Below, piece after piece: positions 9,757-19,268 of a stretch of DNA of 64,000 nt; position 1 is the first letter of the stretch, and the number at the start of each line of letters is the position of its first letter. The stretch spans positions 27,738-91,737 of the forward strand of contig JAEOTM010000060.1 in NCBI GenBank assembly GCA_016839815.1. The letters run 5' to 3'. This DNA comes from Candidatus Hodarchaeota archaeon (GTDB lineage Archaea > Asgardarchaeota > Heimdallarchaeia > Hodarchaeales > Hodarchaeaceae). Position numbers and translations under genes: made by a program. The notes beneath the pieces were generated by a model. It worked only from the letters and a program-made list of their open reading frames with translations, made no database searches and had not been told where the DNA came from.

Positions 9757-11646
9757 TTAAAGCTGGTCAAGTCTATATTTTGCTTTGGAGTACATATAAC
9801 TGATCTCCAAATCTTTTGCTTCTTGGGCGACCTGACGAATCATATTCATTCCATTAACATGAAATCCTTGCTTGATTCGTAGATTTGCCTTTAAAAATTG
9901 AGAATCCAGTAACAACCCGAGACTCCCACTCGTTGATGCTTTTTCATCAGCAAATGAAAGATGTCGTTCAGCAAGTTTTAGGTTACCTTTTTCTAATTCA
10001 AGATATCCTAAACTAAGATGAGCATCAATGAAGCTACGTAAATTTACTAAATCAGTACTTATTACATCTAAAGAATTATGGAACCATTTAGATGCTTCTT
10101 TGAACTCTTCCATTAACAAGTATGTATGTCCTTTGCTTAAATATATGAGAGATAAGCCAGTTATGGAATTCCATTGATTTAATTGTGTTTCTGCCTGTTC
10201 AAGTAACTTCAAAGCAGCTTCTTCATGTGAATGAAGTGTAAGGAGTTCTGCTAGCAGTGAAACATTCTGGGGGTTTGTCCTGTTCTTTTCTTGAAATAGA
10301 GGTTGAAGAACATTAATCCCTTCTTTGAATTCCATTTGATTTCTATAGAATATAGCTTCTGAGCGTAAGAATCGTGTGAATACTGGGGAAGTGGTCGGTA
10401 TAGATACAAGTTGTTCTCTTCCACCTTCAAAAATCTGTTTTGCTGTTCTGAAATCTCCTCTTGCGACGGCAATGTCTCCACGTGTATGAGCAATATCTAA
10501 CTGTAAGGGATTTCTTATCTCACTTGACAAATCAAGATGATTTAGTGTTCGTTCAGCGTAGTTCAGATGTTCTATAGCCTTTGCCCACGAATTCAGACCC
10601 TTTAAAATCTTAGCGTAATTTAAATTTGCTTGTAGAAAGTAAGTTATTTTCAGATCATCATCAGTTGATCGGACGGCGGAATTCAAAAAGTGTAATGCCC
10701 ACTCTTGAGCTTCCATAAAACGATATAAATTATAAAAGAAATTACTTAATTTTTCTTCAGTAAACATGATTGAGAGTTCATTTTTTTGTATAGTATGAAT
10801 GTATAATTTCATAGAAAGCATATCTAAGGTTTTCTTGTATAGTCCAATTCTCCAATAACCACTAGCCATTTCATCCAGACTATCTCCTATACTAGATTTA
10901 TCTTCTAAGGTTTCGACTATTTTTTCGGCACGCTGAAAAAGGTACAATCCTTTAGAAATAGTAACACTATTCAAAATCTGAAGACAGCCAGCTAAAACCG
11001 CGAAAGAAATAGCAGTTGGATCTCCTTCCAATGCTTGAATATTTTTCAACGCAAGCTCAAACAAAACATTTGTTTCTTTGAATCGTCCAGCCTCGTATAG
11101 CTTAACTGCCTTTTCAACTAAACTAGATGATTCTTGATAGATTGAGGACGGGGAGCGTAGAAGCGTCACTGAGCTTCTGACAATGTTAATTAAATTCCTC
11201 TGAACATTGAACCTCTCAATCAGCTCTAAATCAACCTGTTCGGTTAAGCGACTGTCCCTAAAGTCCAAAATTCCTTCAGCGGTTTTTGAAAACTTCTCAT
11301 CTTCAATAGCATTCCACAAAATTTTAGCCGTCTGGACTTCTGACTCCCATGGCTCACTTCCAGTTTCACGTGTCTCTTCATACACTTTCTTAAAAATGTC
11401 CATAAAATCTTGTTGCCATATGAACTCAATTTCGCGAGATTTGTTATAGAGGGCCATTTTATCAGTGATAACTTGTGAAAAGAGCTTACCGGATAAAAGA
11501 AAGTATGAATCTTTATTAGTAATGCCACGAAGACTTGAAATAATCTCTCTTTCTCTTTCTTGAGTATCCAAATATTCGATATCTCCAAATGCAATACTTT
11601 GAAGATATTTGTTTATAATGGAAACTTGTTCACTCGTGGCTCTCAC
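9757..11646 (-). CDS. TPR / alpha-solenoid protein (629 aa)
   Basis: Repeated TPR-like helical pairs (e.g. LSKGHTYLLMEEFKEASKWFHNSL, LSLGYLELEKGNLKLAERHL). Confidence 0.8.
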   Translation of the reverse strand: MRATSEQVSIINKYLQSIAFGDIEYLDTQEREREIISSLRGITNKDSYFLLSGKLFSQVITDKMALYNKSREIEFIWQQDFMDIFKKVYEETRETGSEPWESEVQTAKILWNAIEDEKFSKTAEGILDFRDSRLTEQVDLELIERFNVQRNLINIVRSSVTLLRSPSSIYQESSSLVEKAVKLYEAGRFKETNVLFELALKNIQALEGDPTAISFAVLAGCLQILNSVTISKGLYLFQRAEKIVETLEDKSSIGDSLDEMASGYWRIGLYKKTLDMLSMKLYIHTIQKNELSIMFTEEKLSNFFYNLYRFMEAQEWALHFLNSAVRSTDDDLKITYFLQANLNYAKILKGLNSWAKAIEHLNYAERTLNHLDLSSEIRNPLQLDIAHTRGDIAVARGDFRTAKQIFEGGREQLVSIPTTSPVFTRFLRSEAIFYRNQMEFKEGINVLQPLFQEKNRTNPQNVSLLAELLTLHSHEEAALKLLEQAETQLNQWNSITGLSLIYLSKGHTYLLMEEFKEASKWFHNSLDVISTDLVNLRSFIDAHLSLGYLELEKGNLKLAERHLSFADEKASTSGSLGLLLDSQFLKANLRIKQGFHVNGMNMIRQVAQEAKDLEISYMYSKAKYRLDQL

Positions 11647-11724
11647 AAAAATATAATAGAATATACCGAATAAAAGATTGACGAAAAGGGTCTAGGTTTT
11701 ATTTTAAGCAAGAGGTAATTATTT

Positions 11725-12813
11725 ATGAATTCAAAGCTCTTAAGAGTTGAAAAGCTACAACATAAGATGAGAAATGCGGATATAGATTGTGTAATTGTAC
11801 CTCTGGGTATAAATTTTTGTTGGTTGTATAGTATCAAAGAAGATCCTTCAGAGAGACTATTAATAAGTGTTATTACGTCAGAAGGAGTGCCAACCTTTCT
11901 TGTTCCATCTTTTGAGGCCGACCGTATAAAGAAGGCATCTGGTGTGTCTCAAGTCATCGGATGGAATGAAACTGAGGATCCATTTAAACTTTTAGCGTCT
12001 GAAGTAATCCAAAAGGATGTAAAAAAGATAGCTATTGACCCTAAATTGTGGTTTTCGGTATATCAATCCATTTCCCAAAGTCTTTCTGGAAAAGAGTTCA
12101 CGAATGGAGAAAATCTGTTCGCATCATTACGAAGTGTCAAAGATGAAACCGAGATTAAAAATATGCAAAAAGCACGCCAAAAATCGAGTGAAGCAATAAT
12201 GAAGACATTGTATGAACTAGAAAAGGGTATAATGGAATCTGATGTTCAAACTATGCTTAAAAATCGGTTGGCTTTAGAACCAAGTGACTCATTTTTCAAT
12301 CTAGTGCAGTTTGGAGACAATTCTGCCTTACCTCATTATCATGGGGGTGATAGAATATTACAAAAGAATGATGTGGTTCTAATTGATGCAGGTGGAACAT
12401 ATAAAAACTATTGGGGGGATATTACGATAACTTCTGTATTTGGGCAAGCAAGTAAAAAGTTTAAAGAGATCTTCACTCATGTAAATGAAGCAAATATTCG
12501 TGGGAAGGAACTAGCAAGTCAAGGAGACACCCCGCATGAGATTGATGTAGGTACACGCAATGTTATAGTGAAAGGTGGATATGGGGACTTTTTTACTCAT
12601 AGAACTGGTCATGGTTTAGGTTTGGAAGTGCACGAACATCCTTATATTGTTGAAGGTAATGAAAGTCCTTTAGTAACAGGCAATTGTTTTACTATTGAAC
12701 CAGGAATCTATCTTCCAGGAGAATTTGGGATAAGAATTGAGGATAACGTTATTAAACTAGACAAAGGTATTTCTGCAAGTGAAATACCACGTCTAGAGCT
12801 CTTGGAGATATGA
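11725..12813 (+). CDS. pepQ: Xaa-Pro dipeptidase / M24 peptidase
   Basis: SALPH, IDAG, Y.GDIT, HRTGHGLGLEVHE, TIEPGIY and GIRIED motifs. Confidence 0.93.
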   Translation: MNSKLLRVEKLQHKMRNADIDCVIVPLGINFCWLYSIKEDPSERLLISVITSEGVPTFLVPSFEADRIKKASGVSQVIGWNETEDPFKLLASEVIQKDVKKIAIDPKLWFSVYQSISQSLSGKEFTNGENLFASLRSVKDETEIKNMQKARQKSSEAIMKTLYELEKGIMESDVQTMLKNRLALEPSDSFFNLVQFGDNSALPHYHGGDRILQKNDVVLIDAGGTYKNYWGDITITSVFGQASKKFKEIFTHVNEANIRGKELASQGDTPHEIDVGTRNVIVKGGYGDFFTHRTGHGLGLEVHEHPYIVEGNESPLVTGNCFTIEPGIYLPGEFGIRIEDNVIKLDKGISASEIPRLELLEI

Positions 12814-12899
12814 ATAGAGAGAACTGTTCAGTTATTATTGTACGAATATATTTAAGATAAAGAAACTTAGGGAAATAATAAGAACCAAGAAAGGAGACT

Positions 12900-13922
12900 T
12901 TGACGAGGATGGAAATTCGTAAAATCCAAGTTACAGGAGCGGGAGATACAAGGATTATCTCATTACCAAAGGATTGGGCAGCACGCCATCAGCTCGATAA
13001 GGGGTCAAATGTAGTAATTAAAGAGATGTCCTCGGGTGAATTACTCATTTACCCAACTGAAATTCCAGTAGAGAAAAGGATTACCCGAATTCAAGAATCT
13101 GCTCATGTTAGTCGCGATGTACTAGCAGCTTATCTCTTGGGAAGCGATGTAATAATAATTGAGTCAGAAAAAGACACTCCTCTTCAAAATAAAAGTGGGA
13201 TTCGGAATCTAAGCCGACAACTCGTAGGATTAGAAATACTTGGAGAAACTCAAGAAAGCATTGAATTACACTTTCTAATTGATTCAAGCTCTCTGCCAAA
13301 TCCACGTGAATATGTTCATCGATGTTTTTCAATTGCTAATCAGATGCAGAGTGATGCTATCTCGGCTTTTATTAACGACGATATTACTCTAGCAGAAGAA
13401 GTTATTGAGCGGGATGTTGAAGTTAATCGTCTGTACTTTCTCATTGTCAGAATGCTCAAAATAATGGTTAATGATAAACGAGAGATTTCTAACATTAGAC
13501 CTACAACCTGTCTAGACTGGCGTATGGTAGCTGCATACGGTGAAAATTTAGGAGATGCATCTGTAGATTTTGCTAAGACCGTTAAGAAGAATCAAAACAT
13601 GAAGGAAACTCTTACCAAGTCAACATTGAGTAAAATACAAAATTTAAGTAATTTACTGACAACGGTACTGACTGAAAGCTTGGATTCATTTTTCGCAGGA
13701 GATGTGCTAGCAGCAGAAGAACTAAAGTATAGAATCGATAATAAATTGAAAGATGTTCATAAAGAGATTCAAGAAGATATTTCCAAGCATGAAAAAGAAG
13801 TTGTTTCTAAGTTAACTTCATTAATCAGCTTTTTAGCCCAATTACGTGAAGTAGCAATAGATATTGGAGATCTGGTAATCGCAAATGACACTTCATTGAA
13901 TGACCACTATTTAAGAGATTAA
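12900..13922 (+). CDS. phoU: AbrB-PhoU phosphate uptake regulator (archaeal type)
   Basis: N-terminal E.RKIQ.TG....ISLPK.W AbrB domain; VIERD.EVNRLYFL PhoU repeat. Confidence 0.9.
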   Translation: MTRMEIRKIQVTGAGDTRIISLPKDWAARHQLDKGSNVVIKEMSSGELLIYPTEIPVEKRITRIQESAHVSRDVLAAYLLGSDVIIIESEKDTPLQNKSGIRNLSRQLVGLEILGETQESIELHFLIDSSSLPNPREYVHRCFSIANQMQSDAISAFINDDITLAEEVIERDVEVNRLYFLIVRMLKIMVNDKREISNIRPTTCLDWRMVAAYGENLGDASVDFAKTVKKNQNMKETLTKSTLSKIQNLSNLLTTVLTESLDSFFAGDVLAAEELKYRIDNKLKDVHKEIQEDISKHEKEVVSKLTSLISFLAQLREVAIDIGDLVIANDTSLNDHYLRD

Positions 13923-13989
13923 CGGTTTCAACAACGAAATGCTAATATAAAAAACTACAGGATGATCGCTCAGCAAGGAAGGATAATCT

Positions 13990-14223
13990 ATGTCTATTAA
14001 AGATCAAATCGAAAGTAATTTGGAACAAATAAGACCAGCTCTTCAACGAGATGGCGGAGATGTCGAGTATGTTGACTATGATGTTGATAGTGGTATTTTA
14101 AAAGTCCGATTGATGGGTAGTTGTCGTGGTTGTCCATATTCTCAAATGACTCTTTCAAACGGAATTAAAAGACATCTACAACAGAATTTTCCAGATCTCA
14201 AAGACGTTGTCTCTGTAGAATAA
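13990..14223 (+). CDS. NifU C-terminal (Nfu) Fe-S cluster carrier
   Basis: IRPALQRDGGDVE...L.GSCRGCP.S.MTL..GI motif. Confidence 0.93.
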   Translation: MSIKDQIESNLEQIRPALQRDGGDVEYVDYDVDSGILKVRLMGSCRGCPYSQMTLSNGIKRHLQQNFPDLKDVVSVE

Positions 14224-14429
14224 ATTCCAATTATTTTAATCAGATAGGGAGGGAAGTTCATTTTTCCCTAAAAGAGCTTCTATTTCAAGATAGTTGGTAT
14301 TAACCATCCATCTGACTCCAACAACTACATGTTTCTTCTTATCAATCTTGGTATCTAGATCAAATCAAGCTGGATGAAGTGAATCCTTTAAATATGACAA
14401 AGGTATTGATTCTAGAAATGAATGTATAG

Positions 14430-15770
14430 TTGAGATTTGTGAAAACAGAGCTTAAAGCATTGAGAGATAATTCGCTGACAGAATCAAGTAGAGCTAAATT
14501 AATTCGAATTTTGTCTCAAAAATTGATTAATCTTAATTCTCCTAGTTTAATTCTTAAAACACTACATTCAATCTTAAAAAATCACTTTTTGTATACTTTT
14601 ATGATATTAAGTAATCCTACCAAAAAACCTGGCCTATTGATATATCCTGCAAAGGTCGTTTTCTCTTCTAAAGATATTTCTGATTTTTTAATTGAGTTGA
14701 ACGCAAGAAAACTTAACTCTGATGTTTCTTATCATCATTACAACGAAGTAAATGAGATTCCCTTATCAATTGGAGGGAAGAATATTCAAGAGATACTAAT
14801 ATCTCGAATCAATACAAAACAAACTCCAAACCTATTTTTTGGAATAGTGAGTTTCGATAGACCCTTAGGTCTTACACGTACTGACTTAGATTTCTTTCAA
14901 ACCATAAATAAGATGTTATCACTTAAGTACGCGAATATTGAACTTGAAAAATCTGTAAAGAAAGCTAAAACACAGATAATTGATGATTCACAACGATTAC
15001 AACGAGAAAATGAGCAACGGTCTGAATTACTTAGAAAAATCAAGTCACAAACCCAAGAACTACGCTTAAAAACCCAAGAAGTTGAAGAATTTGTCTATAG
15101 TGTAAGTCATGATTTGAAAACTCCCGTTATCTCAATTCTAGGTTTTATTGAAACTCTTAAAACAGATTCAGAAAATAAATTTTCTCCAGAGAGTCTATTT
15201 TACCTTGAACGAATGGAGAGTAATACGCGTCATGTAATCTCAATGATTGATGAAGTTCTTGAATATTCACGAATAGGTAGATTTACACAAGAAAGAATTG
15301 TAGTCAATCTTTCAACGATCATAAATGAATCTCTTCTTAGATTCTCAAAAAGGATAAAAAAGGGGAAGATTAATATAGAATTAGATGATGAGTTTCCTGA
15401 TGTGGAAGTAGAATTCAATCGAATGATCCAACTTTTTGATAACTTGATTGGTAACTGCTTGAAATTTATGGGAAGTCAATCTTCCCCGCAAATTAAGATT
15501 GGGGTTACTTCTCAAAACTCTGAATATGTAAAAGTTTTTGTTAGAGATAATGGAATTGGAATACCAAAAGACTCACAAAAGAAAGTGTTCAATTTATTCA
15601 CTAGGGCATCAAATATCAGTGAAAACATTGAGGGGTCAGGGATAGGCCTTGCTCAAGTGAAAAGAATAGTAGAACTACATGAGGGAAAAATCTGGTTAGA
15701 AAGTGAAGTAGGAAAGGGAACTACAATATCATTTACTCTCCCGATTTCACAGTTAATTACCTCGGATTAA
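14430..15770 (+). CDS. Cytoplasmic sensor histidine kinase (GAF-like N-terminus, HisKA, HATPase)
   Basis: SHDLKTP H-box, NLIGNCLKF N-box, DNGIGI G1 and GSGIGLA G2; no TM segment. Confidence 0.92.
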   Translation: MRFVKTELKALRDNSLTESSRAKLIRILSQKLINLNSPSLILKTLHSILKNHFLYTFMILSNPTKKPGLLIYPAKVVFSSKDISDFLIELNARKLNSDVSYHHYNEVNEIPLSIGGKNIQEILISRINTKQTPNLFFGIVSFDRPLGLTRTDLDFFQTINKMLSLKYANIELEKSVKKAKTQIIDDSQRLQRENEQRSELLRKIKSQTQELRLKTQEVEEFVYSVSHDLKTPVISILGFIETLKTDSENKFSPESLFYLERMESNTRHVISMIDEVLEYSRIGRFTQERIVVNLSTIINESLLRFSKRIKKGKINIELDDEFPDVEVEFNRMIQLFDNLIGNCLKFMGSQSSPQIKIGVTSQNSEYVKVFVRDNGIGIPKDSQKKVFNLFTRASNISENIEGSGIGLAQVKRIVELHEGKIWLESEVGKGTTISFTLPISQLITSD

Positions 15771-16540
15771 GTGCTAATAAACTGGTAGATATATTCAAAT
15801 AGCTCTGGAGCATCAGGGTCAGTAGTAAAATTGTGTGCAGAGCTCGGATAAATTTTTATCTGCACTTTAGTCTCTGGATCAAATTTTCTTCTTATAACTT
15901 CATCGATTTCATTTTTTGCAATTGTATCATCCAATTCTCCATAAGAAATAAGTGTAGGTACGGTTATGTGGACTGACTCGGTATGGAATAGCTTACGTAA
16001 TTTCAAATATTGAGCTATAGCCTTCGTCGGATAATAATAATAAGCATAAAGCTCATGATCGAGATAATATTGGAGTACAGAATCTCCTTTGTAAATAAAT
16101 TTAACAAAATAAGATAAAATAGGTGCTAAAGAAGCCAATTTGGATTTTAACCCAAATGCAGGGGCAAGTAAGACGAGTTTCTGAAAATTTACCTTTTTTT
16201 TCTGATGAATTAGTAAAGTAGATAGAAGAGCGCCCATAGAGATTCCAATTGGGATAATTGCATCACACTTCATTCGTAGTAAATCTAAACCATCCGAGCA
16301 TGATTTTATCCAATCTAGATAAGAATAATTGGGAAGATTTCGATAATTTGACCCATGTCCTGCAAGACACACACCATGAACACTAAATCCCTTTTCGTGT
16401 AGAAATTTTCCAAGAGAAAGCATTTCTGTAGGAGAGGCTGTAAGCCCGTGAGTCAAAAGAACACCTGTATCTGAACCATCAAAATAAAAAGGTTGCGCGT
16501 TTTCTTTCAAATGTTCTAACTTATCCAGTTTATTAACCAT
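15767..16540 (-). CDS. Alpha/beta-hydrolase carboxylesterase (monoacylglycerol lipase-like)
   Basis: HGLTASP, GHG, GISMG nucleophile elbow; Asp and His of the triad in GELDD and SAH. Confidence 0.9.
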   Translation of the reverse strand: MVNKLDKLEHLKENAQPFYFDGSDTGVLLTHGLTASPTEMLSLGKFLHEKGFSVHGVCLAGHGSNYRNLPNYSYLDWIKSCSDGLDLLRMKCDAIIPIGISMGALLSTLLIHQKKKVNFQKLVLLAPAFGLKSKLASLAPILSYFVKFIYKGDSVLQYYLDHELYAYYYYPTKAIAQYLKLRKLFHTESVHITVPTLISYGELDDTIAKNEIDEVIRRKFDPETKVQIKIYPSSAHNFTTDPDAPELFEYIYQFIST

Positions 16541-16688
16541 GTTTGTCTACCAGTACCTGCTTTTTAAAAAAACTTGAGAATTGTAGATGAAATGATATCT
16601 TGAAAAACCTAGGTGCAATAATACTCAAGAATCGTTTAATGAATGATATTTAATTAGTTGCGAGTAAGTTCATTCGAGAGGCAAACAG

Positions 16689-18068
16689 ATGAAACAAATT
16701 GGTACTCCTTCTTATAAGACATTATGCGCAGGAGTGTTCCTACTATGTCTTTTTTCAATAAATGTTTTGTCAGTAATGGTTGTTGCCCAATTAAATACGA
16801 GCTCAATTATGAATGACGGCGTAGATCCGATAAGAATAGTACAAACACAATTTGACCATTTTAAAGGTGTGAATTCTATAATGGTTCAAACTTCTACAAG
16901 CTCCCTTGGGGTCTTGTTTGGAACGGCAACCAATGCTTTTCCTTTGTCAATTTTTACGGATTTTACACAAAAATTAGCCGAAATAGAATTCCAGAATCGT
17001 CGAGGAACAGTAATCAATCGTTCTCAACTAAGAACTCGAAATACATTCCTGATGAGGCTAGTTAAAATCACAGAATACGATAATGTAGGAATTGATAGCA
17101 AATTCAATAGTACTCTAACTTCCCCTAGTATTAAAAAGGTCATTGATCTTTCTACTGTGAGATTCAAAGTTAATGCAAGTAAAACTTCTACAAATGAGTC
17201 TGAATCAGACCTCAGTTATCATTTGGATTTCTCTGCTAATGATATTCCATATAGGTTTGCTATTCCTACCTCTAAACTAGATTTCTTAAATATCTCCTTT
17301 GATTTTGAAGTTGAGAAATCTCAAGTTACTGTCCCAACGATACCAAAGATTAGAATTCGTTCAGATGGAAATAGAATTGAGGTTTCTCGAACAGTTAGCA
17401 CTCAATCAATTGATGCAATACGTTTTGCTCCTCGTTTGAAATTTTCTTGCAATATTAGTGGATGGGATTTTTCTTCATCCACCTCCCAACTCGCGTTACA
17501 AGTCGACTTCTTTACACATGAGGAAATATTAGGATTAGCTTCAAAAATCGGAGACACTACACTCTCTCGTGAACTCTTAAAACAAACTGACCTCCTAGGT
17601 GAATTCAAATTTTCTACATTACAAAATGGTCAATCACAGGATCATATTTTAGATCAATCTACAGTTCAAATAGTTAATTACACAGCCAATTCGTTTAATT
17701 ACAATCGTTTTTCCCTTGGGAACTCGCTCAGAGATTTTCTTAATTTTTCATGGGCTGAAAACGTAAATGTAGATGGTTCAATTCATCCAGTAACATTTCA
17801 ACCCCTCTCATCAGAAGCATTACCAATGGCATTAAGTCCGTCACTTAGTCCAGAAGCGAAGACAATTGTGCTTCGTGGAGGTTTTATTCTGCCTCAGGGA
17901 GATAATATTTACTATGATCCCGAAGTACAACTCGAAGAGCTGAATCCAATATTTAAAATCCTTCCTCCTCCAAACAGAGTTATCTTAGAAAGTTCTAGTC
18001 AGATAATTATGATATCTGGTTTTTTTGTTGGGATACTGATAATCATCCGTCAACGATTCTTGAAATGA
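16689..18068 (+). CDS. Putative cell-surface glycoprotein (signal/TM, beta-rich ectodomain, C-terminal TM)
   Basis: Hydrophobic N-terminus, many N-x-S/T sequons, C-terminal IIMISGFFVGILIIIRQR anchor. Confidence 0.75.
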   Translation: MKQIGTPSYKTLCAGVFLLCLFSINVLSVMVVAQLNTSSIMNDGVDPIRIVQTQFDHFKGVNSIMVQTSTSSLGVLFGTATNAFPLSIFTDFTQKLAEIEFQNRRGTVINRSQLRTRNTFLMRLVKITEYDNVGIDSKFNSTLTSPSIKKVIDLSTVRFKVNASKTSTNESESDLSYHLDFSANDIPYRFAIPTSKLDFLNISFDFEVEKSQVTVPTIPKIRIRSDGNRIEVSRTVSTQSIDAIRFAPRLKFSCNISGWDFSSSTSQLALQVDFFTHEEILGLASKIGDTTLSRELLKQTDLLGEFKFSTLQNGQSQDHILDQSTVQIVNYTANSFNYNRFSLGNSLRDFLNFSWAENVNVDGSIHPVTFQPLSSEALPMALSPSLSPEAKTIVLRGGFILPQGDNIYYDPEVQLEELNPIFKILPPPNRVILESSSQIIMISGFFVGILIIIRQRFLK

Positions 18069-18084
18069 AGGCAAAAAAGGATAT

Positions 18085-18999
18085 TTGCAGGAAAAACGAG
18101 GAATTCATTTGGCCAAGGAAAGCTCTCATACTCTAGAAAATACTAGAGTTCTTCAAGATGTATATGCAGCACTTGGTCATGCTATCCGTTTTGATATTGT
18201 GCAATATCTCGGGACCTTTCATCGTCCAGTCCAGTATACAGAACTAGTTGAATGGTTACAAATAAAGCCAGGATCCTTTTATTTTCATATTAAAAAGCTT
18301 AAGGATCTTGTTCAACAAGATTCGGAAAAAAGATTCCTGTTAACGCCGTTAGGTGAAGTAGCCCTTGATATAATGAAGTCTGGGGAGACTGTACAGTTAA
18401 AACACCAATCTCTTACCGAAATTCATGGAACAGAAGAAATCTTACCTGAAAGATTTTCAATTAGATTTTTTGGAGAGTTTATCCGTAAAAAGACCTTCGA
18501 TAGGAATTTCCGTGTGTTTATGAGCCTCATGGTTGTGGGGCAAATTTTACTATTAGATCTCGCTAAAATAGGGATGGTTCCCTTCTTTTTCGATGGTGGG
18601 CTGTATTTTGAGCTGCTTGGATGTATACTCGAAGTAATCGGATCGTTAATTATTATTTGGATTTTGTTAGAGCTTCTAATGCGGTACTACAGCCCTATCA
18701 AGGGATTTTCATATGAATTATTAACTGGAATTCCTATTGCTCTTTTTCCTCTTTTCATCTACCCAGCATTGATATTCCTATCTGAAAATGTTTCTACATT
18801 TGCATTTCTTTCCAGTATTATAGCTAATGCCCAAGTATCAATCCTCATTTTATTTGTCCTCCAGGTTTCTTCCGCAGTATTCTTAGTTCAGCTCCTACAA
18901 GTAATTAAATCAGTTAATTTTGAACGAGCCTTAATACCAGTATTTTTCGTCCTGTATGGTTTTAGTATCTTCAGTTTCTTTATCTCGGGACTTTTCTAA
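18085..18999 (+). CDS. Membrane-tethered winged-helix (ArsR-like) regulator
   Basis: ALGH.IR..I...L...YTEL...L....GS.YFH.KKL..LV.Q.....F.LT.LG winged helix followed by about 5 TM helices. Confidence 0.82.
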   Translation: MQEKRGIHLAKESSHTLENTRVLQDVYAALGHAIRFDIVQYLGTFHRPVQYTELVEWLQIKPGSFYFHIKKLKDLVQQDSEKRFLLTPLGEVALDIMKSGETVQLKHQSLTEIHGTEEILPERFSIRFFGEFIRKKTFDRNFRVFMSLMVVGQILLLDLAKIGMVPFFFDGGLYFELLGCILEVIGSLIIIWILLELLMRYYSPIKGFSYELLTGIPIALFPLFIYPALIFLSENVSTFAFLSSIIANAQVSILILFVLQVSSAVFLVQLLQVIKSVNFERALIPVFFVLYGFSIFSFFISGLF

Positions 19000-19082
19000 T
19001 TTTATAGATCGATGTTAAAGAAATATAGAGAATAATAAAGCAAGGCGTATTATGAATTTGATAACGTGATTTGGACTTAATT

Positions 19083-19118
19083 TGAATTTAAAATTCATAG
19101 AATTTGAGAATTCGAATT
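19083..19118. promoter_or_regulatory. Clustered palindromes, candidate operator sites
   Basis: TGAATTT-A-AAATTCA (19083-19097), GAATT-TGAG-AATTC (19100-19113) and AATTCGAATT (19109-19118), upstream of the 19269 gene. Confidence 0.35.
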
Positions 19119-19268
19119 TTAATTACCTTCCGACCGATGGGCGAATATCAAAACTAGCTATAAACTTGAATTAAGTGTAACACCACTTTATGTGACTTTC
19201 AACAAATGTATAACGAGAATACTATAAGGCCCTAGTGAGTAGGTATAAGTAGACATATCAAAATAATC

